64,000 nucleotides of DNA from Heptranchias perlo (taxonomy: Eukaryota), in the NCBI RefSeq assembly GCF_035084215.1, contig NC_090339.1, positions 12,152,001 through 12,216,000 on the forward strand, written 5' to 3'. Under the pieces are notes generated by a model, which worked only from the letters and a program-made list of their open reading frames with translations, did no database searches and was not told where the DNA came from. Positions 1 through 12,845 of the stretch are shown here, in pieces; the first letter of the stretch is position 1, and the number at the start of each line of letters is the position of its first letter. A program made the translations under genes and the position numbers.

Positions 1-190
1 AGACCGTGGGATCCTTCACCACGTGTGGCTATTGAGGTAGAGACTAAAACTTAATTTAAAAGGGAATGGGATATATATTTGAAAAGGAGAAATATAAAAT
101 GATCTAGGGGGAAATGGGGTTACAGGGGAGAGCGTCAGCACTCGGAGTTGAATGGCCTCCTCCTGTGCTGTAATTTCTATAATTCTACGA
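1..190 (+). mobile_element. CR1 LINE 3' tail fragment
   Basis: Ends GAATGGCCTCCTCCTGTGCTGTAATTTCTATAATTCTA, like the other CR1 tails in the window. Confidence 0.75.
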
Positions 191-2025
191 AAACTCTCCT
201 TTTATTGAGACTGGACCAGGGAGTAGTTTAGAAATGTTGGCGTTGAGCTGAGTTTAGGACGATGTGCCCCGTGAGAAGCCCCCCAAACACCGAGCCCACT
301 GCCCTTTGTGCGATCTCTCGGTTTGGTTCAGGTTGGTCTGTACCGGCCAGTTTTGACGTGTGAAGTCCAAGTACAGAGCGGCTCTGACTGAGGCTCCCAG
401 TTCAGAGTTGTCACCTTCACACACAACTGGAGTCCAAACCAGAGTCCAAGGAGATACTGAGAGAGAGAGAGATCGGGTCTATTAAAACTGCCATTGACTG
501 GGGAGCCTGATTGCACCTTGTGCAGTGCAGGAGGATTCTGGCTTTGGTTTCAGGGTGAATATAAGTAGATTATAGGATCACTACTAGTTACAGGTAGGAT
601 ATCGGGGCATTACACTTAGTCTACATGTAACTGGTAGCAATATCAGTGAGTTATTGTATTGCTGTTAGTTATGAGGGGAATCTGAATGTTACCAGTAATA
701 CTTAGTATATACTTTTTTATAAGGTAAATGCAATAATATTTTTGAAGACACGTGATTAAGCATCACATAGTCAGATGTCATGTGGTCAGAACATTACATC
801 ATTAAACCTCTCGGAATGCCTCCAACCAGAGTTGGCCACCCTACGCATCATGGTTAACCCACTCGCTCGTTATTCACCTTTTCTCCTTAAATGGACGGCC
901 AATAGTAGTTGTAAATTATATCTTGCTGCCTGTATCTTTATTAATTTCCCTCTGCTTTTATATTCATTAACACTCCACCCAGCTTAGTAGGCCTATCTTG
1001 CCTTCTTAGCTCCATCTTCTGGTAGCAGCTATGTTTCTGTGATGACAATAGTGTCAATAGTTATTCTAGCTGCGTGTACCTGCAATTACAGTAGTTTATT
1101 CTTAATACTATTTTCATTACTATAAAGCAGTTAAACTGATCCTGAAATAGCATTTTTTTCCTTATTTTAATTTTTTGCACTTGTCTCTATGCCATAAGCA
1201 TGTGCTTCCTTCCACCACTTGGTCAACACTGAACATTTGCTTTTCTCTGTTTTTAGAATAGTATCTGAGACCCTCCCTAATCTACTTTGCCTCAATCCCA
1301 CTTACCATTTTGCATCAACACCTTGGTTCCCTATCTGGTCGTTTGGAGACCTTGCTTCCTGAAGATAGAGAACACTCAGACAATGATAGGGGTGGGAGGG
1401 TTGGAAATGATGGTGATAGTGGAGGAAACACAGTGCGAGGGAAGGGGAAACAAAATAAGCAATGAGGCAATGAAAATCAGAGAACAGGAAATAAATGGAA
1501 AGCTAAAAATGATTTAAAAAGTAGAAATAAAAAGCTTAATCGAAAAATAAGTATAAAAAGAAACCAGCGTTGGAGAAAAGTAACCAGATAGAGGAAGAAT
1601 AGGACGGAGAGAGGAATATATTTTTTGGGTTAAAGGTTTTTTTACCTTACAAAAAGAGAATAATTGGATCTGAGAAACACCAGCAGCACTCGGTATGGGC
1701 AGCGTGTGTCCCAATATGTTTCATGTGCCAGTTAGTGTTCAGTGTGAAACTTGGGGAGATATTTTCACCCCTTCGGGCATGGGGGGCCCCTGACAAACAC
1801 ACCATATCTTTTTTGGTGTACGGTTCAGCCAAGCATGTACTTATATCAGGTCATCACATGATAAAGGGAAAACAAAGTGCTGCTTGAGAATGGGTGTTGG
1901 CTCTAACACACACATATTTAGCACTGACGTGGAGAGAATTAGCTACAAAAACCACATGATTCATTCAAGGAAGTTCATTAATTGACTAGAAAGTGTAGGA
2001 GGGAGTCGCAAACACCTGCACTAAA

Positions 2026-2907
2026 ATGAAGGACAGACTGGAGGAGCTAATGAAAACTTCAAAGGAGAATTTTGTGGAAAATGTGTTTGATGGAATTGAT
2101 AACCCAGCGTTTGAAGGAGCAGGGTCCAGCGAATTTGACACATTTTTTAATGATGTTACAGCCACTTCCTCAAACCTCAACAAACTGGAAAAGCTAGTTT
2201 ACGATATTCGAAAGCAGCACGCGAAGGTGCTTTGTAGTACTGCAGAAGACAGTATATGCAAGGAAAAGAAATGTCTGAAAGATGCCAAGTGCGAATTGAC
2301 TCACGAGGCCAAGGTTATTCAGTCACAGCTGGATGGGATGAAAACCATACTTTCTCAGAAAAGGAACGACGGGCGGCTGTCAGTTGAATACAGGATTCGC
2401 CAGTGCCAGTTTAACGCGCTGGTAACACGCTATCGGGAGATTCTAACTTTCCACTACACCAAGGAGATTGATTACGTCGGCAGGTTGAGGCAGCAAATTG
2501 TTCGTCAGACTCAGCTGGCGGGCTTGCAACTCCAGGACGAGGTTGTTGACCGTTTGGTGGAGAATCCTGCAGCCCCACAAATTGTTGGCCAGGATCTGGA
2601 GATCCTCAAAGCTAAGGAGCACCTGGCTCTCTCCCATGAGCGCCACAAGCAGCTACTGGCCCTTGAATCTCAGATAGCCGAGCTTCACAGAGTCTTCCTG
2701 CACTTTGCGGTGCTGGTGACTGAGCAGCAAGAGGTTATAAACAGCATTGAGTATAACGTACTGCAAACGGTTGATTATATTTCGCCGTCTTCAGAACATA
2801 TTAAAAAAGCAGTAAAGTATCAGAAGAAATCCCGAGCTACTGCTGCAGCAGCAGCAATACTAAGCCTGTGCGCCTGTGCACCATGCATTGCAAAGGTGGC
2901 TTCTTAA
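2026..2907 (+). CDS. Single-coding-exon syntaxin (Qa-SNARE, plasma-membrane group), STX11/STX19-like architecture, divergent; 293 aa
   Basis: Intact ORF starting MKDRLEEL (syntaxin N-peptide), helical Habc region, SNARE motif ERHKQLLALESQIAELHRVFLHFAVLVTEQQEVINSIEYNVLQTVDY with 0-layer Q, then KKAVKYQKKSR and a Cys-rich end (LCACAPC) without a full TM helix. Kozak-like AAAATGA. Orthology not resolvable by eye. Confidence 0.93.
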   Translation: MKDRLEELMKTSKENFVENVFDGIDNPAFEGAGSSEFDTFFNDVTATSSNLNKLEKLVYDIRKQHAKVLCSTAEDSICKEKKCLKDAKCELTHEAKVIQSQLDGMKTILSQKRNDGRLSVEYRIRQCQFNALVTRYREILTFHYTKEIDYVGRLRQQIVRQTQLAGLQLQDEVVDRLVENPAAPQIVGQDLEILKAKEHLALSHERHKQLLALESQIAELHRVFLHFAVLVTEQQEVINSIEYNVLQTVDYISPSSEHIKKAVKYQKKSRATAAAAAILSLCACAPCIAKVAS

Positions 2908-3200
2908 AAACAATCGCACAGCTCATAGCTTTTCAAGCTGTGGTCTTGGGACTTAGTGAGTCCTCGAGGAGATACCCCAGCCCCACTTCGAGGACTTTTG
3001 GATTGCAGTATGTCTGTCGTCAGATTTCTGTACTTTTATGCATTCATTGACTTGCCAGCACATTATTTCTGTTGCTATATATACTAAGGACAAAAAAGTA
3101 TTTCTGCAATGATGGCACTGTTTTCCTTTTGGGCACCTGGATCTGTGTTAATATTTTCAGGAAATGCTGGAGGTATGTTAATGCTTCCAGAGGGAGCCTG

Positions 3201-3300
3201 GGAGTGTGTCAGTATTTATCCAGGTTCCCCGGGGAGTGAGTCAATATTAATCTAGGTTCCCCGGGGAGTGCGTCAATATTTGCAGGAGTGTGCTAATATT
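3201..3300. repeat. Short tandem repeat, ~30-bp unit, 2-3 copies
   Basis: AGGTTCCCCGGGGAGTG(A/C)GTCAATATT occurs twice with degenerate flanking copies. Confidence 0.75.
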
Positions 3301-3642
3301 AAGCTGGGGATTCCTCCAAGATAGAAACATTTGAAAAGTACCAATGCAGTTGACAAAAGACAATGTGTTGTTACCTTTGCACAATGTCCATGGGATCTTT
3401 TTATAACGTTGATGGTTTCCTGGAGTTAAATGAGTTTTAATTCTATTTTGAAGGTGATTTCTGTACATTTCGGGAGTTTGCCCTTCAAGTTTATAATAAG
3501 GCAGTGTCCCTAGGAGGGTGTCAAAAGCTATGGTGAAAACCATGGCAGTTAACTGTCCTAAACCCTGCCATTCTTCTGCACTGATAGACCACTTGTTTTC
3601 CCATGTACTAATACACACTTTCTCTGAAGCTCTGCAAAGTTG

Positions 3643-3830
3643 TTTTTTTTTAAAATTATTCTTGGGATATGGCTGATGCTGACAAGGCAAGCATTTGTTG
3701 CTCTTGAAAAGGTGGTGGTGGGCCTTCTTCATTTCATGTGATGAAAATGCTCCCGCAGTGCTGTTAGATGGCGAGGTCCAGGATTTTGACCCAGTGACAA
3801 TGAAGGATTGGGGATATATGTCAAAGCGGG
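3643..3830 (-). mobile_element. Degenerate 3' end of CR1-group LINE family B
   Basis: Similar to reverse complement of 6300-6500 (CCAGGATTTTGACCCAG...). A similar fragment lies at ~33935-34110. Confidence 0.7.
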
Positions 3831-5460
3831 GTGAAAAGAATTAAAAACTGAAGCTGTTCAAATACTCATCTGCCATACCATTGCCAGTGCAATACCTATC
3901 TATAATATATTTAAAATTTTGCATCTGCACACACCTCATGTCAATTTTTTTCCATTATAAAATGTGGACAAAGGAATTTATAATGAAAATTACTTTTGTA
4001 AACTTGTCATTGGAGGCGCTGCTGTGCCACATTTACCAGGAGGAGTATAATTACAACGTACCAAGTTTACATAGGCAGTGACCATTACAAATGTGGACAT
4101 AGGAATATATAATGGAAATATAAAAATAAGCATAGAAATGCGTGACTTTAAAAGGGGGGGCTGAATTATATCTGGGTGCGCTGGTCCAATTTATCCAACT
4201 CGCTTCACTTGAACACTACACCTGGTCTTGACTCTATGTGCGTTAATACCATTAGTTTTGAACATTTTTTTTTCCTATTGCAATTTTTCAGAGCTGTTGA
4301 GATGCCAGTACCAGCAAATGCAGTCAACATTGCTTTAGTAACAGTGCAGATAGGAGTAGAAATTCTTGGGGCAGTCGATGCTCTCTGCCTTCACTAACTG
4401 TATGTTCACTACAGCCACTGTTTATAGCGATAAGAAAGCACAATCTGAAAGTGAATTGTGTTTCCCTGACCATCTGCCGAGCCACCAACCAAAAATTTTC
4501 CTAAAAAGCTACTTTCTCTTGTACTGTGTACACTGATAAAAGGGGAACCATATTATGACGACCTATCGATTCTGGTTTGCTACTGTGAAAGCTTTATGGT
4601 TTTTGTGGGGGACAGAATGTACAGGATCATGGAATTTGATCGCCCAAATCCCTTTAATGCCATGTAATAAAAACAGAATTTGACTTATTTGGTCACTGTA
4701 GACCAAAGACTGTGAGAATACAAATGGAGGAATGTGATCCCAAAACATGAGGAAAACTCCTAGAATCCCTTGAAATATAATTTGACCTATTCTGTCACCA
4801 TAAATCAATGGCCTTGAGTATAACTCTATAATCTAACAATGGGCATGAGCTGCTTAAACAGATATGCAACTAAAGATGCTTTTGTCTGTATGTCACTACA
4901 TGATTCTTCAGTGTTGGGTTTTGCAGAGCAGATGTATTTGTAACGTGCAGCAGTTGGATGCTGTGATGGGGAGGATTGTAGATTTGTATGGAGGTGTAAG
5001 CTAGATAGGCTGAATGGCCTCCCTCGTCTGCACTTTGTGATCCTATTTGCTCCCTTCTTTATGGCACCAGAAGTGGTAGATCTAGTGTTATTAAGAAATG
5101 GACACTGATGATAAGAGTATAATGCCTGAGATGTCACCTCCCATTGCTTTATGCGAACTTCTTTGCATCAACCACAGTTCACTGAACAAAAACAATTATG
5201 GTAAATTTTGAGTGGTCTCCCGGCGAGACCTCATGCATATCAGACAATCACAGAACACACTGACCCTGACCTTCCGTCCATTGATTTCAAAGGTTGGGAA
5301 CAGCGAGTGGAGCTCCCCCACCCCCCCCAACATAATTATTCGATATGCGTTGGCATTGCAGGGCCTTGTAAAAATGATGAGACTTGCGCCATGGAGTAGC
5401 ACAAGCCTCTATTGCCCTCGGCATAGACCTAGGGGCAGACGTGGCACAGAGAATAAAATC

Positions 5461-6506
5461 TCTGTTGGAGGCCAATCATCTCAGCCCCAGGGCATTGCTG
5501 CAGGAGTTCCTCAGGGCAGTGTCCTAGGCCCAACCATCTTCAGCTGCTTCATCAATGACCTTCCCTCCATCATAAGGTCAGAAATGGGGATGTTCGCTGA
5601 TGACTGCACAGTGTTCAGTTCCATTCGCAACCCCTCAGATAATGAAGCAGTCCGAGCCTGCATGCAGCAAGACCTGGACAACATCCAGGCTTGGGCTGAT
5701 AAGTGGCAAGTAACATTCGCGCCAGATAAGTGCCAGGCAATGACCATCTCCAACAAGAGAGAGTCTAACCACCTCCCCTTGACATTCAATGGCATTACCA
5801 TCGCCGAATCCCCCACCATCAACATCCTGGGGGTCACCATTGACCAGAAACTTAACTGGACCAGCCATATAAATACTGTGGCTACGAGAGCAGGTCAGAG
5901 GCTGGGTATTCTGCGGCGAGTGACTCACCTCCTGACTCCCCAAAGCCTTTCCACCATCTACAAGGCACAAGTCAGGAGTGTGATGGAATACTCTCCACTT
6001 GCCTGGATGAGTGCAGCTCCAACAACACTCAAGAAGCTCGACACCATCCAAGATAAAGCAGCCCGCTTGATTGGCACCCCATCCACCACCCTAAACATTC
6101 ACTCCCTTCACCACCGGCGCACTGTGGCTGCAGTGTGCACCATCCACAGGATGCACTGCAGCAACTCGCCAAGGCTTCTTCGACAGCACCTCCCAAACCC
6201 ACGACCTCTACCACCTAGAAGGACAAGGGCAGCAGGCGCATGGGAACAACACCACCTGCACGTTTCCCTCCAAGTCACACACCATCCCGACTTGGAAATA
6301 TATCGCCGTTCCTTCATTGTCGCTGGGTCAAAATCCTGGAACTCCCTTCCTAACAGCACTGTGGGAGAACCGTCACCACACGGACTGCAGCGGTTCAAGA
6401 AGGCGGCTCACCACCACCTTCTCGAGGGCAATTAGGGATGGGCAATAAATGCCGGCCTTGCCAGTGACGCCCACATCCCGTGAACGAATAAAAAAAAGTA
6501 AAAAAA
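5461..6506 (+). mobile_element. CR1-group LINE family B, 5'-truncated, young
   Basis: RT motifs GVPQGSVLGP and FADD in an open frame to 6435, short 3' UTR, poly(A), TSD AATAAAATC at 5452-5460 and 6507-6515. Confidence 0.93.
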
Positions 6507-7088
6507 AATAAAATCAACCTTTTCTACTCCCTCAGCATTGTGCTTTCACCTGCAACACTAGTGCAAGGAAACACAGTATTACGTCACTAGAGCAATGTAC
6601 AAGTTATACTTATGATTTAACTTAATAAAAACGCATGCATACTCCTGACCCATTGGCTTTTGTGACATTTCACTGGTACTTTTCCCAGTCCTACCAATGT
6701 GGGAGAATATAAACTTTTAAAATGATTAACGTGCCATGGGAGGCTATTTCTGTCTATTGTTACAGAGTAATTTCAATAATTACTAACAGTTACCAAAACC
6801 TTGCAACTATACAGATTAAAACATTATTGGGGAAAGGGGATCTAAAATGCTACTAATAGTTGAGTACAATAAAAATTTCATAATCATGTTTCAAATATGT
6901 GATCTGGCCTGTCTTGTGTAGGAGGTTATGTTCTGACACATCACCTTTAAAGACTTTATGAATAAAGGACCACATTTTATTAATGCAAGTCATTTAAAAA
7001 AAAGTGGAATCTAAGCTCCTATGTTGCGTGATACAACTGAACAACTCTTTGAGTTCAGTTTAGTGGAGGGACTGCAATCAGACAAGAA

Positions 7089-8059
7089 TATAGACAAGCT
7101 GGGTGAGTGGGCGGAGATTTGGCAGATGCAATATAATATTGGAAAATGTGAGGTTATGCACTTTGGCAGGAAAAATCAGAGAGCAAGTTATTTTCTTAAT
7201 GGCGAGAGACTGGAAAGTACTGCAGTACAAAGGGATCTGGGGGTCCTAGTGCAAGAAAATCAAAAAGTTGGTATGCAGGTGCAGCAGGTGATCAAGAAAG
7301 CCAACGGAATGTTGGCTTTTATTGCTAGGGGGATAGAATATAAAAACAGGGAGGTATTGCTGCAGTTATATAGGGTATTGGTGAGACCGCACCTGGAATA
7401 CTGCATACAGTTTTGGTCTCCATACTTAAGAAAAGACATACTTGCTCTCGAGGCAGTACAAAGAAGGTTCACTCGGTTAATCCCGGGGATGAGGGGGCGG
7501 ACATATGAGGAGAGGTTGAGTAGATTGGGACTCTACTCATTGGAGTTCAGAAGAATGAGAGGCGATCTTATTGAAACATATAAGATTGTGAAGGGGCTTG
7601 ATCGGGTGGATGCAGTAAGGATGTTCCCAAAGATGGGTGAAACTAGAACTAGGGGGCATAATCTTAGAATAAGGGGCTGCTCTTTCAAAACTGAGATGAG
7701 GAGAAACTTCTTCACTCAGAGGGTGGTAGGTCTGTGGAATTTGCTGCCCCAGGAAGCTGTGGAAGCTACATCATTAAATAAATTTAAAACAGAAATAGAC
7801 AGTTTCCTAGAAGTAAAGGGAATTAGGGGTTATGGGGAGCGGGCAGGAAATTGGACATGAAGCTGAGTTCGGATCGGTCAATGCCCTGTGGGTGGCGGAG
7901 AGGGCCCAGGGGCTGTGTGGCCGGGTCCTGCTCCTACTTCTTGTGTTCTTTAGATTTGTGGTTGGGATCAGATCAGCCATGATCTTATTGAATGGCGGAG
8001 CAGGCTCGAGGGGCCGATTGGCCTACTCCTGCTCCAATTTCTTATGTTCTTATGTTCTT
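7089..8059 (+). mobile_element. CR1 LINE family A, 5'-truncated, young
   Basis: RT C-terminus (LVRPHLEYC, RGDLIETYKI), 3' (TTCTTATG)n tail, probable TSD AAGAA. Nearly identical to 56389-56957. Confidence 0.93.
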
Positions 8060-8365
8060 AAGAAGGCATTTGAGACTTTGTTAATCCAGGTTATTTGACA
8101 CATTGAAAATACTTGGCCAGATGGAAATGGATGGATAGTGGTCCTCATGTAATTTAAAAACCTGCAGTGTGCTTTTCAGGGTGGTAGAAAGATGGACATT
8201 GAGCAGAAGAGGAAAAGGAAACAGAAAGTTAGGGGGAAGGGGAAGACATGATCGAAGGAAATGCTTTTGAAATTAGGAAGGCAGGTGATAAGGTGAGAGG
8301 TATCAGGGCTCGAGAGAGAGAGAGAGCAGGGTGAAGTGGTTGAAAGAATGGTGAAAGAAAAGAAT

Positions 8366-8678
8366 AAGAAAGAACTTGCATTTATATAGCACCTTTCACA
8401 ACCTCAGGACCTCCCAAAGAGCTTTAGAGCCAATAGGTACATTTGAAGTGTAGGCACTGTTGTAATGTAGGAAACACGGCAGACAATTTGCGCACAGCAA
8501 GCTCCCACAAACAGCAATGTGATAATGACCAGATAATTTGTTTTAGTGCTGTTGGTTGAGGGATAAATATTGGCCAGGTTACCAGGGAACGCTCCCCTGC
8601 TCTTCTTCAAATAGTGCCACGGGATCTTTTACGTCCACCTGAGGGGGCAGACAGGGCCTCGATTTAATGTCTCATCTG
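8366..8678 (-). mobile_element. Deu-domain SINE (SacSINE1-like), 3' part
   Basis: Reverse complement matches 34940-35235 (TAAAAGATCCC.TGGCACTATT ... GCTATATAAATGCAAGT). Confidence 0.8.
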
Positions 8679-8799
8679 TTTGATGCAAATGAGTGGCTCG
8701 CTAGGCCACTAAACAGGGCAGTTAAGAGTCGACCACGTTGGTGTGGTACTGGAGTCACACACAAGTCAGACAGGGTAAGGATGGTAAGTTTCCTTCTCT

Positions 8800-9270
8800 G
8801 AAGGACATTAGCAAACCTGAAGGAGTGGGAAAGTAGTTATAATCTGGTGTTTGAGGAGCAGAGAGTATATGCAGGGATGTATAGCAGGAGGAGATCGCTG
8901 AGGTAGGGTGTGGCAAGGCCAAGGAGGGTCTTGAAAAATAAATGAGGATCTTAAAATCAATTCATTTGGGCTCAGGGAGTGAGTGGAGTTCAATAATGGT
9001 GAGGGTAATGGGTGCGTGGGACCTTTTATGGGAGAAGACATGGGCCACAGCATTCTGAATCCGTTAGAGCTTATAGAGGGTGGAGGCCAGCAGGAAAAGC
9101 ATTGGAGAAGTCTAGCTCTGAGGTGGTGATGGTATGGATTAGGGTTATGGCAGCAGTGCTTGAGGTAGGAGCTGAGGTGAGCAGTGTTTTGGAGTTGGAA
9201 GAAAGCAATCCTGGCAGCTGAGCAGACATGGGGAGGGAAATTCTGCTCAGGGTTGATCAGGATATGAAGA
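8800..9270 (-). mobile_element. Old L2 LINE fragment
   Basis: Degenerate similarity to reverse complement of 36150-36550. Confidence 0.55.
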
Positions 9271-9424
9271 ACACTAAAGAAATGTATTACTTGTGTATAC
9301 TGCACATGGAGTTAACCACTGCCTGCATATTGTAAAAACTAATTTAACCTGGAGGTTATATCCAGTTTAAATCTTCTAATATATTGCACCCTCGCAGCCT
9401 TTATAATCTGCTTTTGACTGATTT

Positions 9425-10402
9425 AGAATCATAAGTTACAGCACAGAAGGAGGCTATTCAGCCCATCGAGTCCGTGCCGGTTCTATCCAAGAGCAATGCA
9501 GCTAGTCCCACTCCCCTGTCCTATCCCCGTAGACCAGCAATTTTTTTCCTTTCAAGTACTTATCCAGTTCCCTTCTGAAAGCCATGAATGAATCTGCCTC
9601 CACCACCCCCTCGGCAGTGCATTCCAGATCCTAACCACTCGCTGTGTAAAAAGGTTTTTCCTCATATCACCTTTGGCTCTTTTGCGAATCACCTTAAATC
9701 TATGTTCTCTGATTCTTGACCCTTCCGCCAATGGGAACAGTTTCTCTCTATCCTGTCTAGACTCTTCATGATTTTAAATACCTCTATCAAATCTCCCCTC
9801 AACCTTGTCTGTTCCAAGGAGAACAACCCCAGCTTCTCCAGTCTATCCCCGTAACTAAAGTCCTTCATCCCTGGAATCATTCTAGTAAATCTTTTCTGTA
9901 CCCTCTCCAAGGCCTTCACATCTTTCCTAAAGTGCAATGCCCAGAACTGGACACAATTCTCCAGCTGTGGACAAACCAGTGTTTTATAAAGGTTAATCAT
10001 GACTTCCTTGCTTTTGTAATCTATGCCTCTACTTATAACGCCCAGGATCCCGTATGCTTTTTTAACCGCTTTCTCAACCTGCCCTGTCACTTTCAACGAT
10101 TTGTGCACATACACCCGCAGGTCCTTCTGTTCCTGCACCCTCTTTAGAATTGTGCCCTCTAGTTTATATTGACTCTTCTCATTCTTCCTTCCAAAATGGA
10201 TCACTTTGCATTTTTCTGTGTTAAATTTCATCTGCCACGTGTCCGCCCATTCCACCAGCCTGTCTATATCCTCTTGAAATCTTTTACTATCCTCCTCACT
10301 GTTCACTACACTTTCAAGTTGTGTGTCATCTGCAAGTTTTGAAATTGTGCTCTGTACACCCAAATCCAAGTCATTAATATATATCAAGAAAAGCAGTGGT
10401 CC
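9425..10402 (-). mobile_element. CR1 LINE 3' fragment
   Basis: ORF 9689-10387 has IYINDL, ADDT, RGDLIEVFKI. CR1 tail near 9425-9480. Confidence 0.9.
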
Positions 10403-10529
10403 TGCTTGACTTGCAGTTATAAATTTATGAAGAGGATCTAATGTAAAATTCAGCTGAAGCTTCTTAACATGGATTTGATAAGTGATTGTTCAGGATGTAT
10501 TCGGACTTTAGATTCTCTGGATTTTTAAA

Positions 10530-10928
10530 AATTTGTTCTCAGGAAGTGGGCATCACTGGCAAGGTTGGCATTTATTGCCCATCCCTAGTTGCCCTGAGAA
10601 GGTAGTGGTGGGACACTTTCTTGAACCACTGATAGCAGTTTGATATGTTTTAGAGGGCATTTAAGAGTCGACCACATTGGTTTAGGATTGGAGTCAAACG
10701 TATACCAGACCGGATAAGGACCTAAGGACATTAGTGAACCATTTGGTTTTTTACAACAATCCAGTGGTCACTATTACTGATACCTTTTTAAAATTTATTT
10801 CCAGATTTTAAACTGAATTCAAATTCTCAAACTGCCATGGTGGGATTTGAACTCACGTTCCCTGGATTATTAGTCCAGGCATCTGGATTACTGGTTCAGT
10901 AACGTCACAACTACACCACTGTACCCCT
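10530..10928 (-). mobile_element. tRNA-derived SINE with family-B LINE 3' tail (second partial copy ~8690-8815)
   Basis: On - strand: head with A-box TGGTGTAGTTG and B-box GTTCAAATCC; 3' end AGGGATGGGCAATAAATGCC...CCCAC shared with LINE 5461-6506. Confidence 0.75.
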
Positions 10929-10992
10929 TCTATCTGAATTCAGCACTTGAAGTAGACCAGTGTGAGTGGAAAAAGCCTCTACTAAATGCATT

Positions 10993-11537
10993 GGGCCGGA
11001 TTTTGCTCTGAAAATAATGGCGAGCCTAACAGCACTCACCGTCATATCAGTGCGTCCGGTACAGCAACTTCTGGCAACCGCGCACGCGCAGTTTAACATG
11101 GAAATCTGGAAATTGCTCTACCAGATGCCTTGCTCCTACGTAAGCTTCATGAGAACTGCAACTCGTTAGCTGACTCACCGTTAAAATGAATACAACATCG
11201 TGAAGTTCCTCTACTGCCCTGATGGAAATAAAGTAATCTCGCCAAGAAAAGGTACGTCAAGTTTTTTTTTAATCTAAGCAAACTTTTAACGGTGTGTTAA
11301 GTCTTAATGGCTGCCAAACAGCCTTCCTGGCACTGAAAATTAACTTTTACAAGTGTGGAGTCTCATTCGTTCAGAATTTAATTGTTGTCGGACATTTTTT
11401 AAAAAAAATAAATTTTTAACCTTTTTCTTTCAGTCTCTTAATATTTCTTACCCTCTATTTTTCTTTCTGTACCTTATTTGACATTGAATTCACCATTCTA
11501 ACTTACGCTTCCTGGTTCTGACTCTGCGCTGCTTATT
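10993..11537. mobile_element. Non-autonomous TIR DNA transposon (Harbinger-type MITE), right end lost
   Basis: Begins ATT|GGGCCGGATTTTGCT. Internally similar to 61210-61981 and 38615-39380 (e.g. GAAAATTAACTTTTACAAG). Confidence 0.65.
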
Positions 11538-12344
11538 AATATGCTTCAATTGGACTTGGGTGTACAGGGCACAATTTCAAAATTTGCAGATGACACAAAA
11601 CTTGGAAGTGTAGTAAAAAGTGAGGAGGATAGTAATAGACTTCAAGAGGACATAGACAGGCTGGTGGAATGGACTGACACATGGCAGATGAAATTTAACA
11701 CAGAGGAGTGTGAAGTGATACATTTTGGCAGGAAGAATGAGGAGAGGCAATGTAAACTAAATAGTACAATTCTAAAGGGAGTGCAGGAACAGAGAGACCT
11801 GGGGGTATATGTGCACAAATCTTTGAAGGTGGCAGGACAGGTTGAGAAAGCGGTTTAAAAAAGCACACGGAATCCTGGGCTTTATAAATAGATGTGGAGA
11901 TGCCGGTGATGGACTGGGGTTGACAATTGTAAACAATTTTACAACACCAAGTTATAGTCCAACAATTTTATTTTTAATTCCACAAGCTTTCGGAGGCTTC
12001 CTCCTTCCTCAGGTGGTGTGGAAATGACATTTTCGAATCCTTCGCATTTTAAAATCACAGAACAATGCCTGGTGATTACTGCCCGTTGCCAAGGCAATCA
12101 CAGAGAGCAGACAGAATGGTGTCACCTAAAAAGGCCACCGAATATACAAACCCCCCCCCAAAAAAAAGAGAGAGAGAGAAGGAAGACAGTCAATGACCCG
12201 TTATATTAAAAACAGATAACATTTGTTCGCTGGTGGGGTTACGTGTAGTGTGACATGAACCCAAGATCCCGGTTGAGGCCGTCCTCATGGGTGCGGAACT
12301 TGGCTATCAATTTCTGCTCGACGATTTTGCGTTGTCATGTGTCG

Positions 12345-12584
12345 ATGCGACAACGGATGAACGGACACCGCGCAACAATCGCCAAACAGGAGGGTTCTCT
12401 CCCTGTCGGGGAACACATCAGCAGTCATGGACATTCAGCCACCGACCTTCGGGTAAGCCTACTCCAAGGCGGCCTTCGAGACACACGACAACGCAAAATC
12501 GTCGAGCAGAAATTGATAGCCAAGTTCCGCACCCATGAGGACGGCCTCAACCGGGATCTTGGGTTCATGTCACACTACACGTAA
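12345..12584 (+). pseudogene. C-terminal fragment of Penelope-type GIY-YIG endonuclease
   Basis: MRQRMNGHR...VGEHISSHGH...EQKLIAKFRTHEDGLNRDLGFMSHYT*: RxRxxxH, HxxxxxH and ExxLI...GLN motifs typical of PLE endonucleases. Confidence 0.85.
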
Positions 12585-12810
12585 CCCCACCAGCGAACAA
12601 ATGTTATCTGTTTTTAATATAACGGGTCATTGACTGTCTTCATTCTCTCTCTCTCTCTCTTTTTTTTGGGGGGGGGTTTGTATATTCGGTGGCCTTTTAG
12701 GTGACACCTTTCTGTCTGCTCACTGTGATTGCCTTGGCAACGGGCAGTAATCACCAGGCATTGTTCTGTGATTTTAAAATGCGAAGGATTCGAAAATGTC
12801 ATTTCCACAC

Positions 12811-12845
12811 CACCTGAGGAAGGAGGAAGCCTCCGAAAGCTTGTG
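12811..12845 (+). ncRNA. Minimal type I hammerhead ribozyme in PLE pseudo-LTR (mirror copy on - strand at 11981-12015)
   Basis: CAC-CTGAGGA-A-GGAGG-AAG-CCTCC-GAAA-GC-TT-GTG: CUGANGA and GAAA cores, 5-bp stem II, stem I CAC/GTG, vestigial palindromic stem III (AAGCTT). Confidence 0.85.

Noticed and set aside
5212-5460. N-terminal extension of the 407-aa ORF as a host-RT fusion gene (likewise 7021-7088 and 44028-44057)
   Set aside because: Chance open frames upstream of 5'-truncated LINE junctions; the TSD or the repeat boundary marks the true element edge.
12018-12808. Mirror ORFs 12018-12209 (+) and 12614-12808 (-) as duplicated small genes
   Set aside because: By-products of the palindrome, antisense to the PLE 3' region and crossing a microsatellite.
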